Assembly (NCBI GenBank): GCA_045605805.1
Contig: JAZUQR010000026.1
Span: 6,101 to 70,100 of the forward strand
Length of the DNA: 64,000 bases
Origin: Alphaproteobacteria bacterium
GTDB taxonomy: Bacteria > Pseudomonadota > Alphaproteobacteria > CAAHEQ01 > UBA3637
Direction: 5' to 3'
Numbering within the stretch: the stretch's first letter is position 1; each line of letters opens with the position of its first letter. The notes below the pieces were generated by a model. The model was not told the origin of the DNA and made no database searches. It worked only from the letters and a program-made list of their open reading frames with translations. The translations under genes and the position numbers were made by a program. Shown here one piece after another: positions 20,660 through 31,183 of the stretch.

Positions 20660-21196
20660 ATGAAAAACATAATACTTGCACTGGTGTCATTATTTGCTTC
20701 TGTTAAAACATTTGCAAATCCGGCATGTACAACATTGTGTCCTTTAATTGTGGGGGCATCTTTAACAATTGCCCAAAAAATGGGAGTAAAAGATGAAGTG
20801 GTGGGCGTGCTGTCTGGTGCTTTGTTGGCCATCGTGGGCTATTGGATGATTCGTTTTTGTGAAAAAAGAAATTGGAACTTTCCGGCCAGAAACATTGTTT
20901 TAATGGCGGTATCCATTGCCTCCATCGGTTTTGTTTATGGGGGAACACTTACCTATAACCCCAGATTGCATTGGCATTTATTGTATATTGATTCCTTCTT
21001 GTTGGCGGCCTTATGTGGTGCTGCGGCTCATATTATTGGGGTCAATTTATATGGCTGGATGAAAGAAAAAAATGGGGGGCATGCGCATTTCCCATTTGAA
21101 AAAGTGGTTGTCCCTGTTCTTTTAGACGCACTTGTCTGTTGGATTTTTTGGCAAACAAACTTGTGCGAATGTCACGAAGTTATTATCTTAAAATAA
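20660..21196 (+). CDS. Hypothetical membrane protein with signal peptide
   Basis: RBS aaggag. Hydrophobic helices. Confidence 0.45.
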   Translation: MKNIILALVSLFASVKTFANPACTTLCPLIVGASLTIAQKMGVKDEVVGVLSGALLAIVGYWMIRFCEKRNWNFPARNIVLMAVSIASIGFVYGGTLTYNPRLHWHLLYIDSFLLAALCGAAAHIIGVNLYGWMKEKNGGHAHFPFEKVVVPVLLDALVCWIFWQTNLCECHEVIILK

Positions 21197-21220
21197 AATC
21201 AAAATAAACAAGGGGGAAAA

Positions 21221-22180
21221 ATGGGAACAACAATAGATTTTTGCTATTTGTTGAATAAAAAAGGATATGCCAAAGCAATCAGTAAAAACAAAATCCAACA
21301 AAGGAAAGCGCCTATATGGGTGCATATTGATTATCAAAAAAAACAAAATCAAAAATGGTTGTCCGAACAAAATCTTTCGCCATCTGTGTTGGAAAATCTG
21401 TTGGATGCAGATACGACACCCCGGTATTTTAAGGATGAAAAAGGAGTGTTGGCAGTGATGCGTGGCATCAATGCAAAAACTGAGTCAGAAGACGATATGA
21501 TAGCCGTTCATATATGGATGAGCAAAAACCTTTTGATGACTTTGTCGCACAGAGAATGTCCGAGTATACAGCAGGTGGTGGATAGATTCATCACAGGCTC
21601 TGGGCCGACTTCCATTCAAGAATGTTTTGTGGCATTGGCCCGCCAAATGAATAGCCAAATTGAAAAAACTTTGGTTGAAATACATGAAGAAGGAGATAGT
21701 TTGGAAGATGCCGTTATCTCAGAAACAACCTTCAAACAAGATTCTATTTTGCGCCACCGTTTAAGTCGTCTGCGCCATAAAATTGTTGGCTTGCGTCGCT
21801 ATTTAATACCCCAGCGTGAGATGATGAATAAATTGGTTCAAGACAGTGTTTTTGAAGAACAAAATAAACTGAATATGCAAGAAATTGCCCGAGATTTGAC
21901 AACTGTTGTATCCGAATTAGATTATGCAAAAGATCGCTCTTCTGTTATTCAAGAGGAATTAGATGCACAAACAAATATAGATATCAGCCGAACCATGTAT
22001 CTGATGAGTTTGATTATGGTAATTTTTACCCCGCTCAGCTTTTTAACCGGCTTGCTGGGGGCAAATGTCAAAGGCATTCCCTTTGGCGAACACGAAAACG
22101 GATTTTTAATTTTAAGTGTGGTTCTTGTGCTGTTTGCATGTGTTCAAGTGGCAATTATCAAAAAAGCAAAATGGTTCTAA
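21221..22180 (+). CDS. CorA/ZntB-family divalent cation transporter
   Basis: Soluble N-domain plus two C-terminal TM helices with 'LLGANVKG' GxN-type motif. Confidence 0.7.
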   Translation: MGTTIDFCYLLNKKGYAKAISKNKIQQRKAPIWVHIDYQKKQNQKWLSEQNLSPSVLENLLDADTTPRYFKDEKGVLAVMRGINAKTESEDDMIAVHIWMSKNLLMTLSHRECPSIQQVVDRFITGSGPTSIQECFVALARQMNSQIEKTLVEIHEEGDSLEDAVISETTFKQDSILRHRLSRLRHKIVGLRRYLIPQREMMNKLVQDSVFEEQNKLNMQEIARDLTTVVSELDYAKDRSSVIQEELDAQTNIDISRTMYLMSLIMVIFTPLSFLTGLLGANVKGIPFGEHENGFLILSVVLVLFACVQVAIIKKAKWF

Positions 22181-22183
22181 ACC

Positions 22184-22834
22184 TTACCAATTTTGACAAA
22201 GAGCAGTGGTTTTTTGATAGGATTCCTTTGTGTCAATAGCAGCATTTTTCTTTGCCATGGTATTGTTGATGTGTTGAATAACAGGTTGTAAATTATCAAG
22301 GACAGTCTGTGTCATTTTATTAGTAGCCGATTTAATGTCATTCTTATTATGTACAACCCTTGGTCGTAAAGAGGCAAGAGTTTTGGATAAAACCTTTTCA
22401 ACATCTGGCTTAAAGAAAGTCAATGCATGTTGCGACACAGATACATGATAATCTTCATGTTCTTTAATCACTTTGTATTCACAACTGTTGGCGGGATATT
22501 TTTTATCTATATAAACGGTTAAATTGGGATAGGATAAAGTCACTTCAACATCTTTTAATGAAACACAAAATTGTCCGGCATATTGTTCAATCTGTGGGGT
22601 AATAAGTGTGTTGAGGTCAAATTCTGCCACCGTAAGCCCTAAAGTGTGGGGCGAATAAGGTACCTTTGCTTTCCTAAGAAAATCCTTACGGGAATACGAT
22701 GTAATATATTTTGGGTTGCCTGTTTTTATTTTAACCAGCACTCGGGTACTCATTTGTGTACAAAAAGGCATTGCATTTTGGGCCAAAACAGGCGATACTA
22801 TAAATAAAGATAAAAATAAAAATAATTTTTTCAT
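22184..22834 (-). CDS. Secreted HExxH-motif protein (DUF922-like predicted metallopeptidase)
   Basis: Signal peptide 'MKKLFLFLSLFIVSPVLA'. 'KEHEDYHVSV' HExxH. Confidence 0.45.
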   Translation of the reverse strand: MKKLFLFLSLFIVSPVLAQNAMPFCTQMSTRVLVKIKTGNPKYITSYSRKDFLRKAKVPYSPHTLGLTVAEFDLNTLITPQIEQYAGQFCVSLKDVEVTLSYPNLTVYIDKKYPANSCEYKVIKEHEDYHVSVSQHALTFFKPDVEKVLSKTLASLRPRVVHNKNDIKSATNKMTQTVLDNLQPVIQHINNTMAKKNAAIDTKESYQKTTALCQNW

Positions 22835-22863
22835 AAAAACACTATATCATAGGAAAAAATAAA

Positions 22864-23658
22864 ATGCAAAAAATAATTTCATGGAATGTAGCCTCGGTTC
22901 GGGCAAGAATGCCTGCCTTAGAAAAATTGTTAAAACAAGAACAACCAGATATCGTTTTATTGCAGGAAATAAAGGCCGAACAAGATACTTTCCCTTTTTT
23001 GGAACTGCAAGGGTTGGGCTATCATTGTGCAATAAGCGGACAAAAATCTTATAACGGAGTAGCCATTTTATCCAAAGAGCCATTGACTGCGGTTCAAACA
23101 GCCCTGCCGGATTTCCAAGATACAGAACAACCACAAGCCCGCTTTGTGCAAGCAACATTGTCCTCAGGACAAAAGGTTATTTCTGTCTATGTGCCAAATG
23201 GCAATCCCCCCGAAAAAGACCCAGAAAATAAGGAAAAATTGGCGTATAAATTAAAGTGGATGGCTGCGCTAAATAAGTATGTAAATCAGCTGTTGTTAAG
23301 CGGAGAAAAAATCATTTTGGGCGGTGATTTCAATGTGATTGAAAAAGATACAGATGTGTATAATCCACAGGCGTATCGGACAAACGCTTTGATGGTAGAC
23401 AGTGTTCGGGAAAAATATGCCGAATTAAATGCGTTGCCGCTTATAAATGCAATCCGTTTGATGAATCCAGAACCCCATACCTATTCGTTTTGGGATTTTC
23501 AAATGCGGGCGTGGCCACTCAATCGGGGAATGTTGTTGGATGCGTTGTTTGTGAACAGCTCTATGAAACAGCAAGTATCCAGTGCCGGCATCTTGAAACA
23601 AGTGCGAGGATGGGAAAAAACATCGGATCATGCCCCCGTTTTTTTAATTTTGGATTAA
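22864..23658 (+). CDS. xthA: Exodeoxyribonuclease III
   Basis: 'MQKIISWNVASVRAR...DIVLLQEIK' EEP-family N-terminus. C-terminal 'SDHAPV'. Confidence 0.85.
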   Translation: MQKIISWNVASVRARMPALEKLLKQEQPDIVLLQEIKAEQDTFPFLELQGLGYHCAISGQKSYNGVAILSKEPLTAVQTALPDFQDTEQPQARFVQATLSSGQKVISVYVPNGNPPEKDPENKEKLAYKLKWMAALNKYVNQLLLSGEKIILGGDFNVIEKDTDVYNPQAYRTNALMVDSVREKYAELNALPLINAIRLMNPEPHTYSFWDFQMRAWPLNRGMLLDALFVNSSMKQQVSSAGILKQVRGWEKTSDHAPVFLILD

Positions 23659-23921
23659 AAATTGGGTAAGGGTAAATCTTCTTTGGAAACGCCCTCCACT
23701 TGAACCACTTTAAGGCGATTCGTTTGTCCTAATACAATGGAAAAAGCCCGTTTGGGTAAATGTAAGGAATCTGATAAAAATGCAATCAGAGCTTCGTTCG
23801 CCTTGCCATCCACAGCCGGAGCTTGAAGGGCAATTTTATAATGTGTGCCATTCCATATACCTGCCCAACCGGAACGCTTGGCATTAGGTAAAACACGAAT
23901 CTGTAAGCGACAATCAACCAT
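23655..23921 (-). CDS. DUF167 (YggU-like) protein
   Basis: 'LQIRVLPNAKRSGWAG...DGKANEALIAFLS' matches YggU family. Confidence 0.7.
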   Translation of the reverse strand: MVDCRLQIRVLPNAKRSGWAGIWNGTHYKIALQAPAVDGKANEALIAFLSDSLHLPKRAFSIVLGQTNRLKVVQVEGVSKEDLPLPNF

Positions 23922-24492
23922 GCGTCAGTTTAATTTTTTCGGTTTTGTTGTTCAAAGAGGGCAGGCAGGCGTGTTCCTTCATTTTTTGCAATTCATCTTG
24001 TAAAGCCAAAATCTCTTGATGCAAAGCCTGCAATTGGGGTTGTAAAGAAGTCACCACAGCAATTGCCGTATCAAAGGTTTCTGTTTTGCTGCGATACAGG
24101 CGAAAAGTGCGAATAACAGCATAAAGTACGGCAATAATAGCCACCAGATTTAAGCCAAATACACACAAACTTTGTAAAATATCACTGGTCATTTCCAATG
24201 TGTTCAACTTGGCCGAAACAGAAAACTTTGAAACCAAAGCGGTGATATATTGAAACACCGCCGAAGGATTGGTCAAAGACGAATTATTTTTCATTACTTC
24301 GGCAAACTTGTCCAAAGAAACAAGTTGGTCTTGCAGCTGATCAACGGAAAAGTGTTTGCGAATAAGAGTTGGAAGAATGCTTTTGCCATACAAATAAGCA
24401 ATAGCAACGGGCAATAACCAAACCAGTTGCCACGAAAAACACACAATCAAACGACAAACGGGGCGGACAATGGTCAAAAAAAGTTTTTTCAT
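23914..24492 (-). CDS. Hypothetical membrane protein
   Basis: ORF with TM helices. Start taken at MKKLFLTIV. Confidence 0.4.
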   Translation of the reverse strand: MKKLFLTIVRPVCRLIVCFSWQLVWLLPVAIAYLYGKSILPTLIRKHFSVDQLQDQLVSLDKFAEVMKNNSSLTNPSAVFQYITALVSKFSVSAKLNTLEMTSDILQSLCVFGLNLVAIIAVLYAVIRTFRLYRSKTETFDTAIAVVTSLQPQLQALHQEILALQDELQKMKEHACLPSLNNKTEKIKLTHG

Positions 24493-24505
24493 AACGCAAT
24501 CCTTC

Positions 24506-26458
24506 TTAAAAGAAACTGTATGGATCAATGTCAATGCGCACATCAACAGACGGATGTATTTTAACCTGTTTTAACCATTTTTGCAACAGATTTTGAATTT
24601 TAATTTGTTTATCGGCTTTAATCAAAATGCGATAGCGGTGTTTGTCCCGCAATTTTGCAATGGGAGCAACCACCGGCCCCAACACATCTAATCCTTCCAT
24701 AAAAGGTGCTTTTTGTGTAATCGTTTTGGCGGTTTGATATGTTTTTGCATTGTCCTTACCACTGATAATCAAACCCACCAATTTGCCATAGGGTGGCATT
24801 TTCAACAACTGTCTGGATATCATTTCTTCTTGTAAAAAAGTGTTGCGGTTGTTTTCCTGTAAAGCCTTCAAAATAAGGTTGTCAGGGGAATAAGTTTGTA
24901 AAAGAGCTAGGCCTTGTTTGGCTTCACGACCAGCCCGTCCCATCACTTGGTTCAGTAATTGGAAGGTACGTTCACCGGCCCTTAAATCGCCACCCGATAA
25001 ACTCATATCGGCATCCACAACCCCCACCAAAGTCAGGTTGGGAAAGTGATGTCCTTTGGCCAACATCTGTGTCCCAATTAAAATATCAATCATACCATTG
25101 TGGATTTTTTCCAACAAAGCCTCAAACTCGTTCAAAGAAGATAAAGTATCCGAAGTAATTTGGGCTATCCGAGCGTTGGGAAACAGGGTCAAAACTTCTT
25201 CGGCCAACCTTTCCACACCAGGGCCACACGCCACAAGTGTATCCTTTTCATGACAGCAAGGACATTCCGATGGTGTTTTTTTTGAATAGCCACAGTGATG
25301 ACATTGAACAAGGCCGGCTTTTCTGTGTTCAGTCAGCCACGCACTGCAATGCGGACATTGAAGTCTGGCCCCGCACGCCCGACACAACACAAGGGGCGCA
25401 TAGCCACGCCTGTTGATAAATAATAACGATTGCTCGCCCAAAGCCATCTTTTCGGCCAAAGCCTCTTGCAAGCGTTTGGAAATAAACTTCACAGGGCCTT
25501 TTTCCTTGTGGCGCATATCAACCAAATCAATTTGTGGTAAGCTGGCACCCGCAAAGCGTTCCGGTAAATGAATGTGCTTATAACGCCCATCAACAGCATT
25601 GCAATAAGTCTCCAAACTGGGGGTCGCACTGGCCAATATCACAGGACAGGGCGTTTGACTTGCCCGAACAATCGCCATATCTCGGGCATTATATAACACA
25701 CCATCTTCTTGTTTGAACGAGGCATCATGTTCTTCGTCCACAACAATCAAGCCTAAATCCTTAAACGGCAGGAATAAAGCCGATCTTGCCCCCACAACAA
25801 CCTGAGCCGTTCCTGCACGCACAGCCTCCCAAGTATCACGCCTTGTTTTTGGGGTAATGGATGAATGCCATAAAGCAGGTTGAACACCAAAGCGTTTTTC
25901 AAAACGATTCAACCATGCTGTCGTTAAAATAATTTCGGGTAAAAGAACCAAAACCTGCTTGCCTTGTTCAAAGGCTTGTGACAGAGCTTCAAAATACACT
26001 TCTGTTTTACCGGAGCCGGTCACACCATCCAGCAAAGCCACTTGAAATCCTTTCAATGAGAGCAGTTGCCGTATGGCTTTTTCTTGTGCCAGAGAAAAAG
26101 AAAGAGTTGAAAATTGTGGGTTGGGCGGTAAAAAAACAGTGGGCTTTTTGCTTGTTTTTTCAATTTCGGGATGTAATGCCATCTTCAAAACAGCCCCCGC
26201 CACACTCATGGTATAACCGGCCACCCAATTGATAAATTGAATGGTTTTAGGCGGTAAAGGTGGCAAAGGTAAAACCTCCAAAATCGGTTTTAATTTGTCC
26301 TGTGGAAAGTCTAAATCAGGCTTTTTGTCCCACACAATGCCCATCAACTTTTTTTTGCCCAAAGTCGCCCGCACAAAAGTGCCAACAGGCAAATCACAAT
26401 CATGCCTGTATTCATAACACCCCAAAGCCACAGGGAACAAAACCGAAAGTCGTTGCAT
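24506..26458 (-). CDS. priA: Primosomal protein N' (replication restart helicase PriA)
   Basis: Walker A 'GVTGSGKTEVY', 'DEEHD', Cys4 zinc-binding region 'CRACGARLQCPHCSAW'. Confidence 0.85.
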   Translation of the reverse strand: MQRLSVLFPVALGCYEYRHDCDLPVGTFVRATLGKKKLMGIVWDKKPDLDFPQDKLKPILEVLPLPPLPPKTIQFINWVAGYTMSVAGAVLKMALHPEIEKTSKKPTVFLPPNPQFSTLSFSLAQEKAIRQLLSLKGFQVALLDGVTGSGKTEVYFEALSQAFEQGKQVLVLLPEIILTTAWLNRFEKRFGVQPALWHSSITPKTRRDTWEAVRAGTAQVVVGARSALFLPFKDLGLIVVDEEHDASFKQEDGVLYNARDMAIVRASQTPCPVILASATPSLETYCNAVDGRYKHIHLPERFAGASLPQIDLVDMRHKEKGPVKFISKRLQEALAEKMALGEQSLLFINRRGYAPLVLCRACGARLQCPHCSAWLTEHRKAGLVQCHHCGYSKKTPSECPCCHEKDTLVACGPGVERLAEEVLTLFPNARIAQITSDTLSSLNEFEALLEKIHNGMIDILIGTQMLAKGHHFPNLTLVGVVDADMSLSGGDLRAGERTFQLLNQVMGRAGREAKQGLALLQTYSPDNLILKALQENNRNTFLQEEMISRQLLKMPPYGKLVGLIISGKDNAKTYQTAKTITQKAPFMEGLDVLGPVVAPIAKLRDKHRYRILIKADKQIKIQNLLQKWLKQVKIHPSVDVRIDIDPYSFF

Positions 26459-26502
26459 TTTGTTTTATTTTCCTTTACGATATAATAATAAGGATACACA
26501 AA

Positions 26503-27462
26503 ATGACACAAGAATTCAAGTCTTTCTCAATAACCACAGATAAAAAGTTGCAAGCCAAAATCAATGATTGGCAAAAATACCTGTTGTCCGAAAGGCGCTT
26601 GTCCGAAGCAACAGGAAGTTCATATTTGTTTGATTTGAAAAAGTTTTTTTCTTTTTTGTATGAACATTTTTCCCAACAAATTACCCTAAAAGAGTTGCAA
26701 GAATTAACGCTGGTTGATTTTCGCTCATTTTTGGTGTGGCGATCGGCACAAAAAATATCCCGCACCAGCATGGCCCGAGGCGTGTCCTCGCTTAAAAACT
26801 TTTTTCGTTTTTTGATGCAAGAAGGCAGTGTCCAAAATAAAGAAATTATGGCCTTAAAGTCGGCCAAAGTGCCACACAGTTTGCCCCATCCGCTTTCGGC
26901 AGAAAAGGCAAAGCAATTTTTGGCATTGGCCAAAGAAATGGCCAACGAACCATGGGAAGGCTATCGTGACAAAGCCCTTTATACTTTGTTGTATGGGGCA
27001 GGTTTAAGAATTGCCGAAGCCCTGTCCTTGAATGTAAAAGATGTCACCCAGAATACAGATGCTTTAAGAATTATCGGTAAAGGAAAAAAAGAAAGGCTTG
27101 TCCCCTTGTTGCCCCCAGTGTTGCATGAATTAAAAATCTATTTGAATCATCATCCGCACCCTATGCCAAATGAACCGTTGTTTGTGGGAACAAGGGGCGA
27201 CAGAATCAACCCTGGTGTTGTGCAACGCAATGTGCGTAAAATAAGGCATGCAATGGGATTGCCAAGCACCGTTACACCGCATGCTTTTCGTCACAGTTTT
27301 GCCACGCATCTTTTGCAAGGGGGGGGTGATTTAAGAAGTGTTCAGGAATTGTTGGGGCACAGCTCACTGTCGGCTACCCAACGCTATACCGAAATCACAA
27401 CAGAACACCTTGAAAAAGTTTATGCCAAAGCGCATCCCCGAGCCAATATCAAAGAAGATTAG
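26503..27462 (+). CDS. Tyrosine site-specific recombinase XerC/XerD family
   Basis: 'LRIIGKGKKERLVPL', 'HAFRHSFATHLL', 'LGHSSLSATQRYT' catalytic motifs. Start at MTQEFK with upstream AT-rich region. Confidence 0.8.
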   Translation: MTQEFKSFSITTDKKLQAKINDWQKYLLSERRLSEATGSSYLFDLKKFFSFLYEHFSQQITLKELQELTLVDFRSFLVWRSAQKISRTSMARGVSSLKNFFRFLMQEGSVQNKEIMALKSAKVPHSLPHPLSAEKAKQFLALAKEMANEPWEGYRDKALYTLLYGAGLRIAEALSLNVKDVTQNTDALRIIGKGKKERLVPLLPPVLHELKIYLNHHPHPMPNEPLFVGTRGDRINPGVVQRNVRKIRHAMGLPSTVTPHAFRHSFATHLLQGGGDLRSVQELLGHSSLSATQRYTEITTEHLEKVYAKAHPRANIKED

Positions 27463-27800
27463 TCTAAATAAAACTCTTTTTCCGTTGCTTCCACAGGACA
27501 TCTGTTGCCACGAAATTGCCAATCAATCACAATGCCTTCGTCTGTATAAACAACAAAATCGCAATAATAAACATAATTGTTCACACCCTTGCGTAAAAAA
27601 CTTTGCTGTTCATAATGATATTCACGAATACCCCAATTATCCACAAATTGTTTGGTTGGCACACCAAAATTGTCATACAAAGACGCCACCGTTTGCCCAT
27701 GATAAATCGTTGCTCGTTCAACATCAATGGGAAGGGATTCGCTGACACGACAGGCAGATAATAAAGCCAACAAAGAAAAAATAAATGTCTTCCTTATCAT
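27459..27800 (-). CDS. Small lipoprotein-like hypothetical protein
   Basis: 'MIRKTFIFSLLALLSAC' lipobox. Shorter start preferred over the 271-aa ORF call. Confidence 0.4.
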   Translation of the reverse strand: MIRKTFIFSLLALLSACRVSESLPIDVERATIYHGQTVASLYDNFGVPTKQFVDNWGIREYHYEQQSFLRKGVNNYVYYCDFVVYTDEGIVIDWQFRGNRCPVEATEKEFYLD

Positions 27801-27888
27801 AAAGATATTGTAAGTATTTTTTTTGCCTTGTTCAAGAGTTTTTTTGTTTTTGCTTGAAAAAAATGAAAAATCAAGTATAATAACGGCC

Positions 27889-28920
27889 ATGAAAACACAA
27901 GTTTTTGATTTTGATTTGCCCCAAGAATTGATTGCCAATAAGCCATGCGAACCACGGGACGCAGCCAGATTGTTGCATATTGAGCAGGATAAATTGACAG
28001 ATGGCACAATGGCCAATTTGGTGGATTGGTTAAAGCCAACGGATGTATTGGTGTTTAATGATACCAAAGTCATTCCTGCCCGTTTATATGGAATGCGTGG
28101 CTCAGCGCAAATAGAAATGACGCTTTTCAAGCAAATAGACTTATCAACATGGGAAACACTGGTGAAAAATGCCCGTCGTCTGCGTGTGGGGGATGTTATC
28201 CGCTTTTCCGATGCGTTTGAAGCAACAGTGATACAAAAAACAGAAAAAGGCTCGGTCCTTGTTTGCTTTAACAAAAGGGGTGTGGATTTGTTTGCCGAAT
28301 TGCATAAAGTTGGGACAATGCCCTTGCCACCCTATATCAAACGCTTGCGGGGCGGTTTAGATTCGGACAAGGCCGACTATCAAACAATGTATGCGTGTCA
28401 TGAAGGGGCGGTGGCAGCCCCAACGGCAGGCCTTCATTTTACCCAGCGGTTATTTGACGCCTTGGAACAAAAAGGCATTCAAAAAGAGTTTGTCACCCTT
28501 CATGTGGGGGGAGGCACTTTTTTACCGGTAAAGGTGGAAGATACAGACCATCACCAAATGCATGCGGAATATGGTATTATCACACAAGAGGTGGCCGAAA
28601 GATTGAATGAAGCACATGCGCATGGCGCAAGAATCATTCCTGTTGGTACAACTTCATTGCGCTTGTTGGAATCGGCTGCCGATGAAAACGGAATGATTCA
28701 TCCATTTGCCCAAGAAACATCTATTTTTATCACCCCAGGCTATCGTTTTAAGGCCATAGATGCACTGTTCACCAACTTTCATACACCCAAATCAACACTG
28801 TTTATGTTGGTCAGTGCGCTGGCAGGGTTGGACACAATGCAAAACGCATATAAACACGCCATAGAAGAAAGATATCGTTTTTTCTCCTATGGCGATGCGT
28901 GTTTAATTGAAAAACAATAA
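27889..28920 (+). CDS. queA: S-adenosylmethionine:tRNA ribosyltransferase-isomerase
   Basis: 'FDFDLPQELIANKPCEPRDAARLL' QueA N-terminus, ~343 aa. Confidence 0.85.
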   Translation: MKTQVFDFDLPQELIANKPCEPRDAARLLHIEQDKLTDGTMANLVDWLKPTDVLVFNDTKVIPARLYGMRGSAQIEMTLFKQIDLSTWETLVKNARRLRVGDVIRFSDAFEATVIQKTEKGSVLVCFNKRGVDLFAELHKVGTMPLPPYIKRLRGGLDSDKADYQTMYACHEGAVAAPTAGLHFTQRLFDALEQKGIQKEFVTLHVGGGTFLPVKVEDTDHHQMHAEYGIITQEVAERLNEAHAHGARIIPVGTTSLRLLESAADENGMIHPFAQETSIFITPGYRFKAIDALFTNFHTPKSTLFMLVSALAGLDTMQNAYKHAIEERYRFFSYGDACLIEKQ

Positions 28921-28921
28921 A

Positions 28922-29614
28922 TTATTTTTGCAATTTTGACAAAATGACAACATTGGTTGCAATTAAAAGCATCACAGTAAACCATGGGTTAAGCATTACA
29001 TTTGCTGTGAAGATTGAAACAAAATACAGCGCAACCAAAGGAATGACAAAGGTCAATGAGGTCACACGCCATGCCTTGTGATTGCCCAAGTCCAACGCAA
29101 GCAGTTTGGCAAACAACATGGTGAACAACAGCGTAATAAAATAAAACGCAACGGCAAAAACAACCCAAAGGATAAGGGTAATAGCAAAAACACCCCATAA
29201 ACCATAGCGGATGGCTTGACGAATTGTATCAGGTGAAACAATCATGTCCTCAGTTAAAGGTGTTTTGTCTAAACGAGTGCCATTTTCGGAAACCATAAAC
29301 AAAGCATTTTTGGTAAGATACAGCCCATTTGGAATGCCAGCCGGCAATGTTTCCACACTGGAATCAATAACAAACGGTACTTGTGGGGCAATCATCGTAG
29401 CAAAACGAATGTTTGGTTCTTGAATAGCCCCATCTTTAATGGAAAAAGTTGGCACTGAATCAATCAATTTTGTAATGGCAGCAGAATGAAAAAATTGATT
29501 CCCCATTTGGCGGGTAACAGTGGCAACCAAAAGCCCAGAAACAAAAATTAAAATAAAAATAAAAAGAAAACCACGGTTTTTGGCGTTTTGCAAATAATTG
29601 ACAAGTTTGTTCAT
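28922..29614 (-). CDS. Hypothetical membrane protein (DUF1189-like)
   Basis: N-terminal TM, periplasmic domain, C-terminal TM bundle. Confidence 0.45.
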   Translation of the reverse strand: MNKLVNYLQNAKNRGFLFIFILIFVSGLLVATVTRQMGNQFFHSAAITKLIDSVPTFSIKDGAIQEPNIRFATMIAPQVPFVIDSSVETLPAGIPNGLYLTKNALFMVSENGTRLDKTPLTEDMIVSPDTIRQAIRYGLWGVFAITLILWVVFAVAFYFITLLFTMLFAKLLALDLGNHKAWRVTSLTFVIPLVALYFVSIFTANVMLNPWFTVMLLIATNVVILSKLQK

Positions 29615-29748
29615 ATAAAACCTCCTGAAAAAAATATGTATACATCATTATAAGCAAAAAAAGAGGATATAAGTCAAGAGATTTTGTAAAAAAAAATTGT
29701 ATGCTTCATTTTTTAATGATAAAATAGTTTATATCAAAGGAGTCAAAC

Positions 29749-30153
29749 ATGGATAAAAAACGGATAACTGTCACCGCTGGAATCATTGAATATGAAAACA
29801 AGATTTTAATTGCCGAACGACGCAAAGATAAATCTTTGGGTGGTTTGTGGGAGTTTCCTGGTGGTAAAATTGAACAGGGCGAAACTTGCCCCGAAACGCT
29901 GAAACGGGAAATTAAAGAAGAGTTTGATATTGAAATTGAAGTGGGTGAGTATGTGATGGAACACATCTTTGAATATCCCACCTTCTTCTTGAAAATGTAT
30001 GTTTATAAAGCCACATGGAACGGCCAAGGCACAATTCGGATTTGTGACCACGAACAATATCGCTTTGTCACATTGGATGAAATGGCCAATTTTGAATTTG
30101 CCGGTGCTGATGTGCCAGTCATTGAGTTTTTGAAAAACAATCAAAAATCTTGA
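29749..30153 (+). CDS. Nudix hydrolase, MutT-like (8-oxo-dGTP diphosphatase type)
   Basis: Nudix box 'GGKIEQGETCPETLKREIKEEFDI'. Confidence 0.75.
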   Translation: MDKKRITVTAGIIEYENKILIAERRKDKSLGGLWEFPGGKIEQGETCPETLKREIKEEFDIEIEVGEYVMEHIFEYPTFFLKMYVYKATWNGQGTIRICDHEQYRFVTLDEMANFEFAGADVPVIEFLKNNQKS

Positions 30154-30169
30154 ACAAAAAAAGGGGGGA

Positions 30170-31112
30170 TTGATGAGATTAGGATTATTCAAATTGCGCA
30201 ACCGCTTCATTAAAGCCTATGATGAAGGGTGGTTGCCCCCATGCGATGGACATGAAATACATTATTATCAGGTGGGTAATCCATCAGGTGAAGTGGTCAT
30301 TCATTTTCATGGTGGGCCAGGGGGTAGTGCAAAGCCAAGCAGAGCCAGCACCTATAATTTGAAAAAACAAAGAATTATTATGTTTGACCAACGAGCCTGT
30401 GGCCAATCAAGATATCAAGAGGCGTTTTATAAAAACACCCCACAGGATACAGTCAAAGACTGCCAATCGTCTGTTAAAGGCTTTGAAGATAAAGGGGAAA
30501 GTGGTGTCGGCCGGTGCGTCTTTTGGGGCAACATTGGCGGTGTTGTTTGCCCAAACATATCCCCAAAAAATCAAGCGGTTATGTGTGAATAGTGTCTTTT
30601 TGGGCCGACAAAAGGATGTGGAAAATATGACGCCTGTGTCAGATTTATTCTATCCGGATGCGGTGGCACAAGTGAAAAAACAAGTAAAAGGAAAAAACTT
30701 AAATAAAAGCTATGCCCAATTGGTTTTTAGTAAAAAGCAATCAGATAATGAAAAAGCATTGCGTTATTTTGCTCACTTGGAACGCATGGCAGGCGGTGGA
30801 GCATTAAAGGTTGATTTTCCAAAAACATCCTTTACGGAAAAAGATGTTCATCGCTTTCGGGTTTATATGCATTATGTCAAGAATAATATGTTCTTAAAGC
30901 CCAATCAATTGATAAAAGAGGCCACAAAAATAAAACATATTCCGGCTGAGATTTTTCAAAATCGCCTGGATTTTTGCTGTCCGCCCTATCAAGCATGGGA
31001 ATTACATCAAGCATTGCCAAAATCAAAATTGACCCTTGTGGCTGATAAAGGACATGGAAGCACTTTAATGGGGTATCTGATGTATCTGGGTAATAAAGCA
31101 AGAAAGTATTAA
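30170..31112 (+). pseudogene. Proline iminopeptidase-type alpha/beta hydrolase, disrupted by +1 frameshift near 30450
   Basis: N-terminal 'HFHGGPGGS...IIMFDQRACGQS' in one frame, continuation 'ANRLLKALKIKGKVVSAGASFGATLAVLFAQTYP' in another. Junction consistent with a single extra T in 'gactgcc'. Confidence 0.55.
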
Positions 31113-31183
31113 GGTTATTTCTCTGTGCGATTTGCTTGACTTTTTCCCATAAAAAGAATATCCTTGTGCAAAACGAGGGAAAA

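Noticed and set aside
26260-27462. 400-aa extended XerC/D ORF
   Set aside because: The N-terminal 81 aa overlap the priA 5' end and are Cys/Pro-rich junk. The canonical recombinase begins at 26503.
27459-28274. Long 271-aa version of the minus-strand ORF
   Set aside because: The N-terminal 158 aa overlap the queA promoter region and have no coding signal. The downstream Met with a lipoprotein signal (27800) is the plausible start.
30170-31112. Two separate ORFs (30170-30592 and 30384-31112)
   Set aside because: They overlap by 200 nt and together reconstruct a single proline-iminopeptidase-type hydrolase. They are treated as one frameshifted gene.
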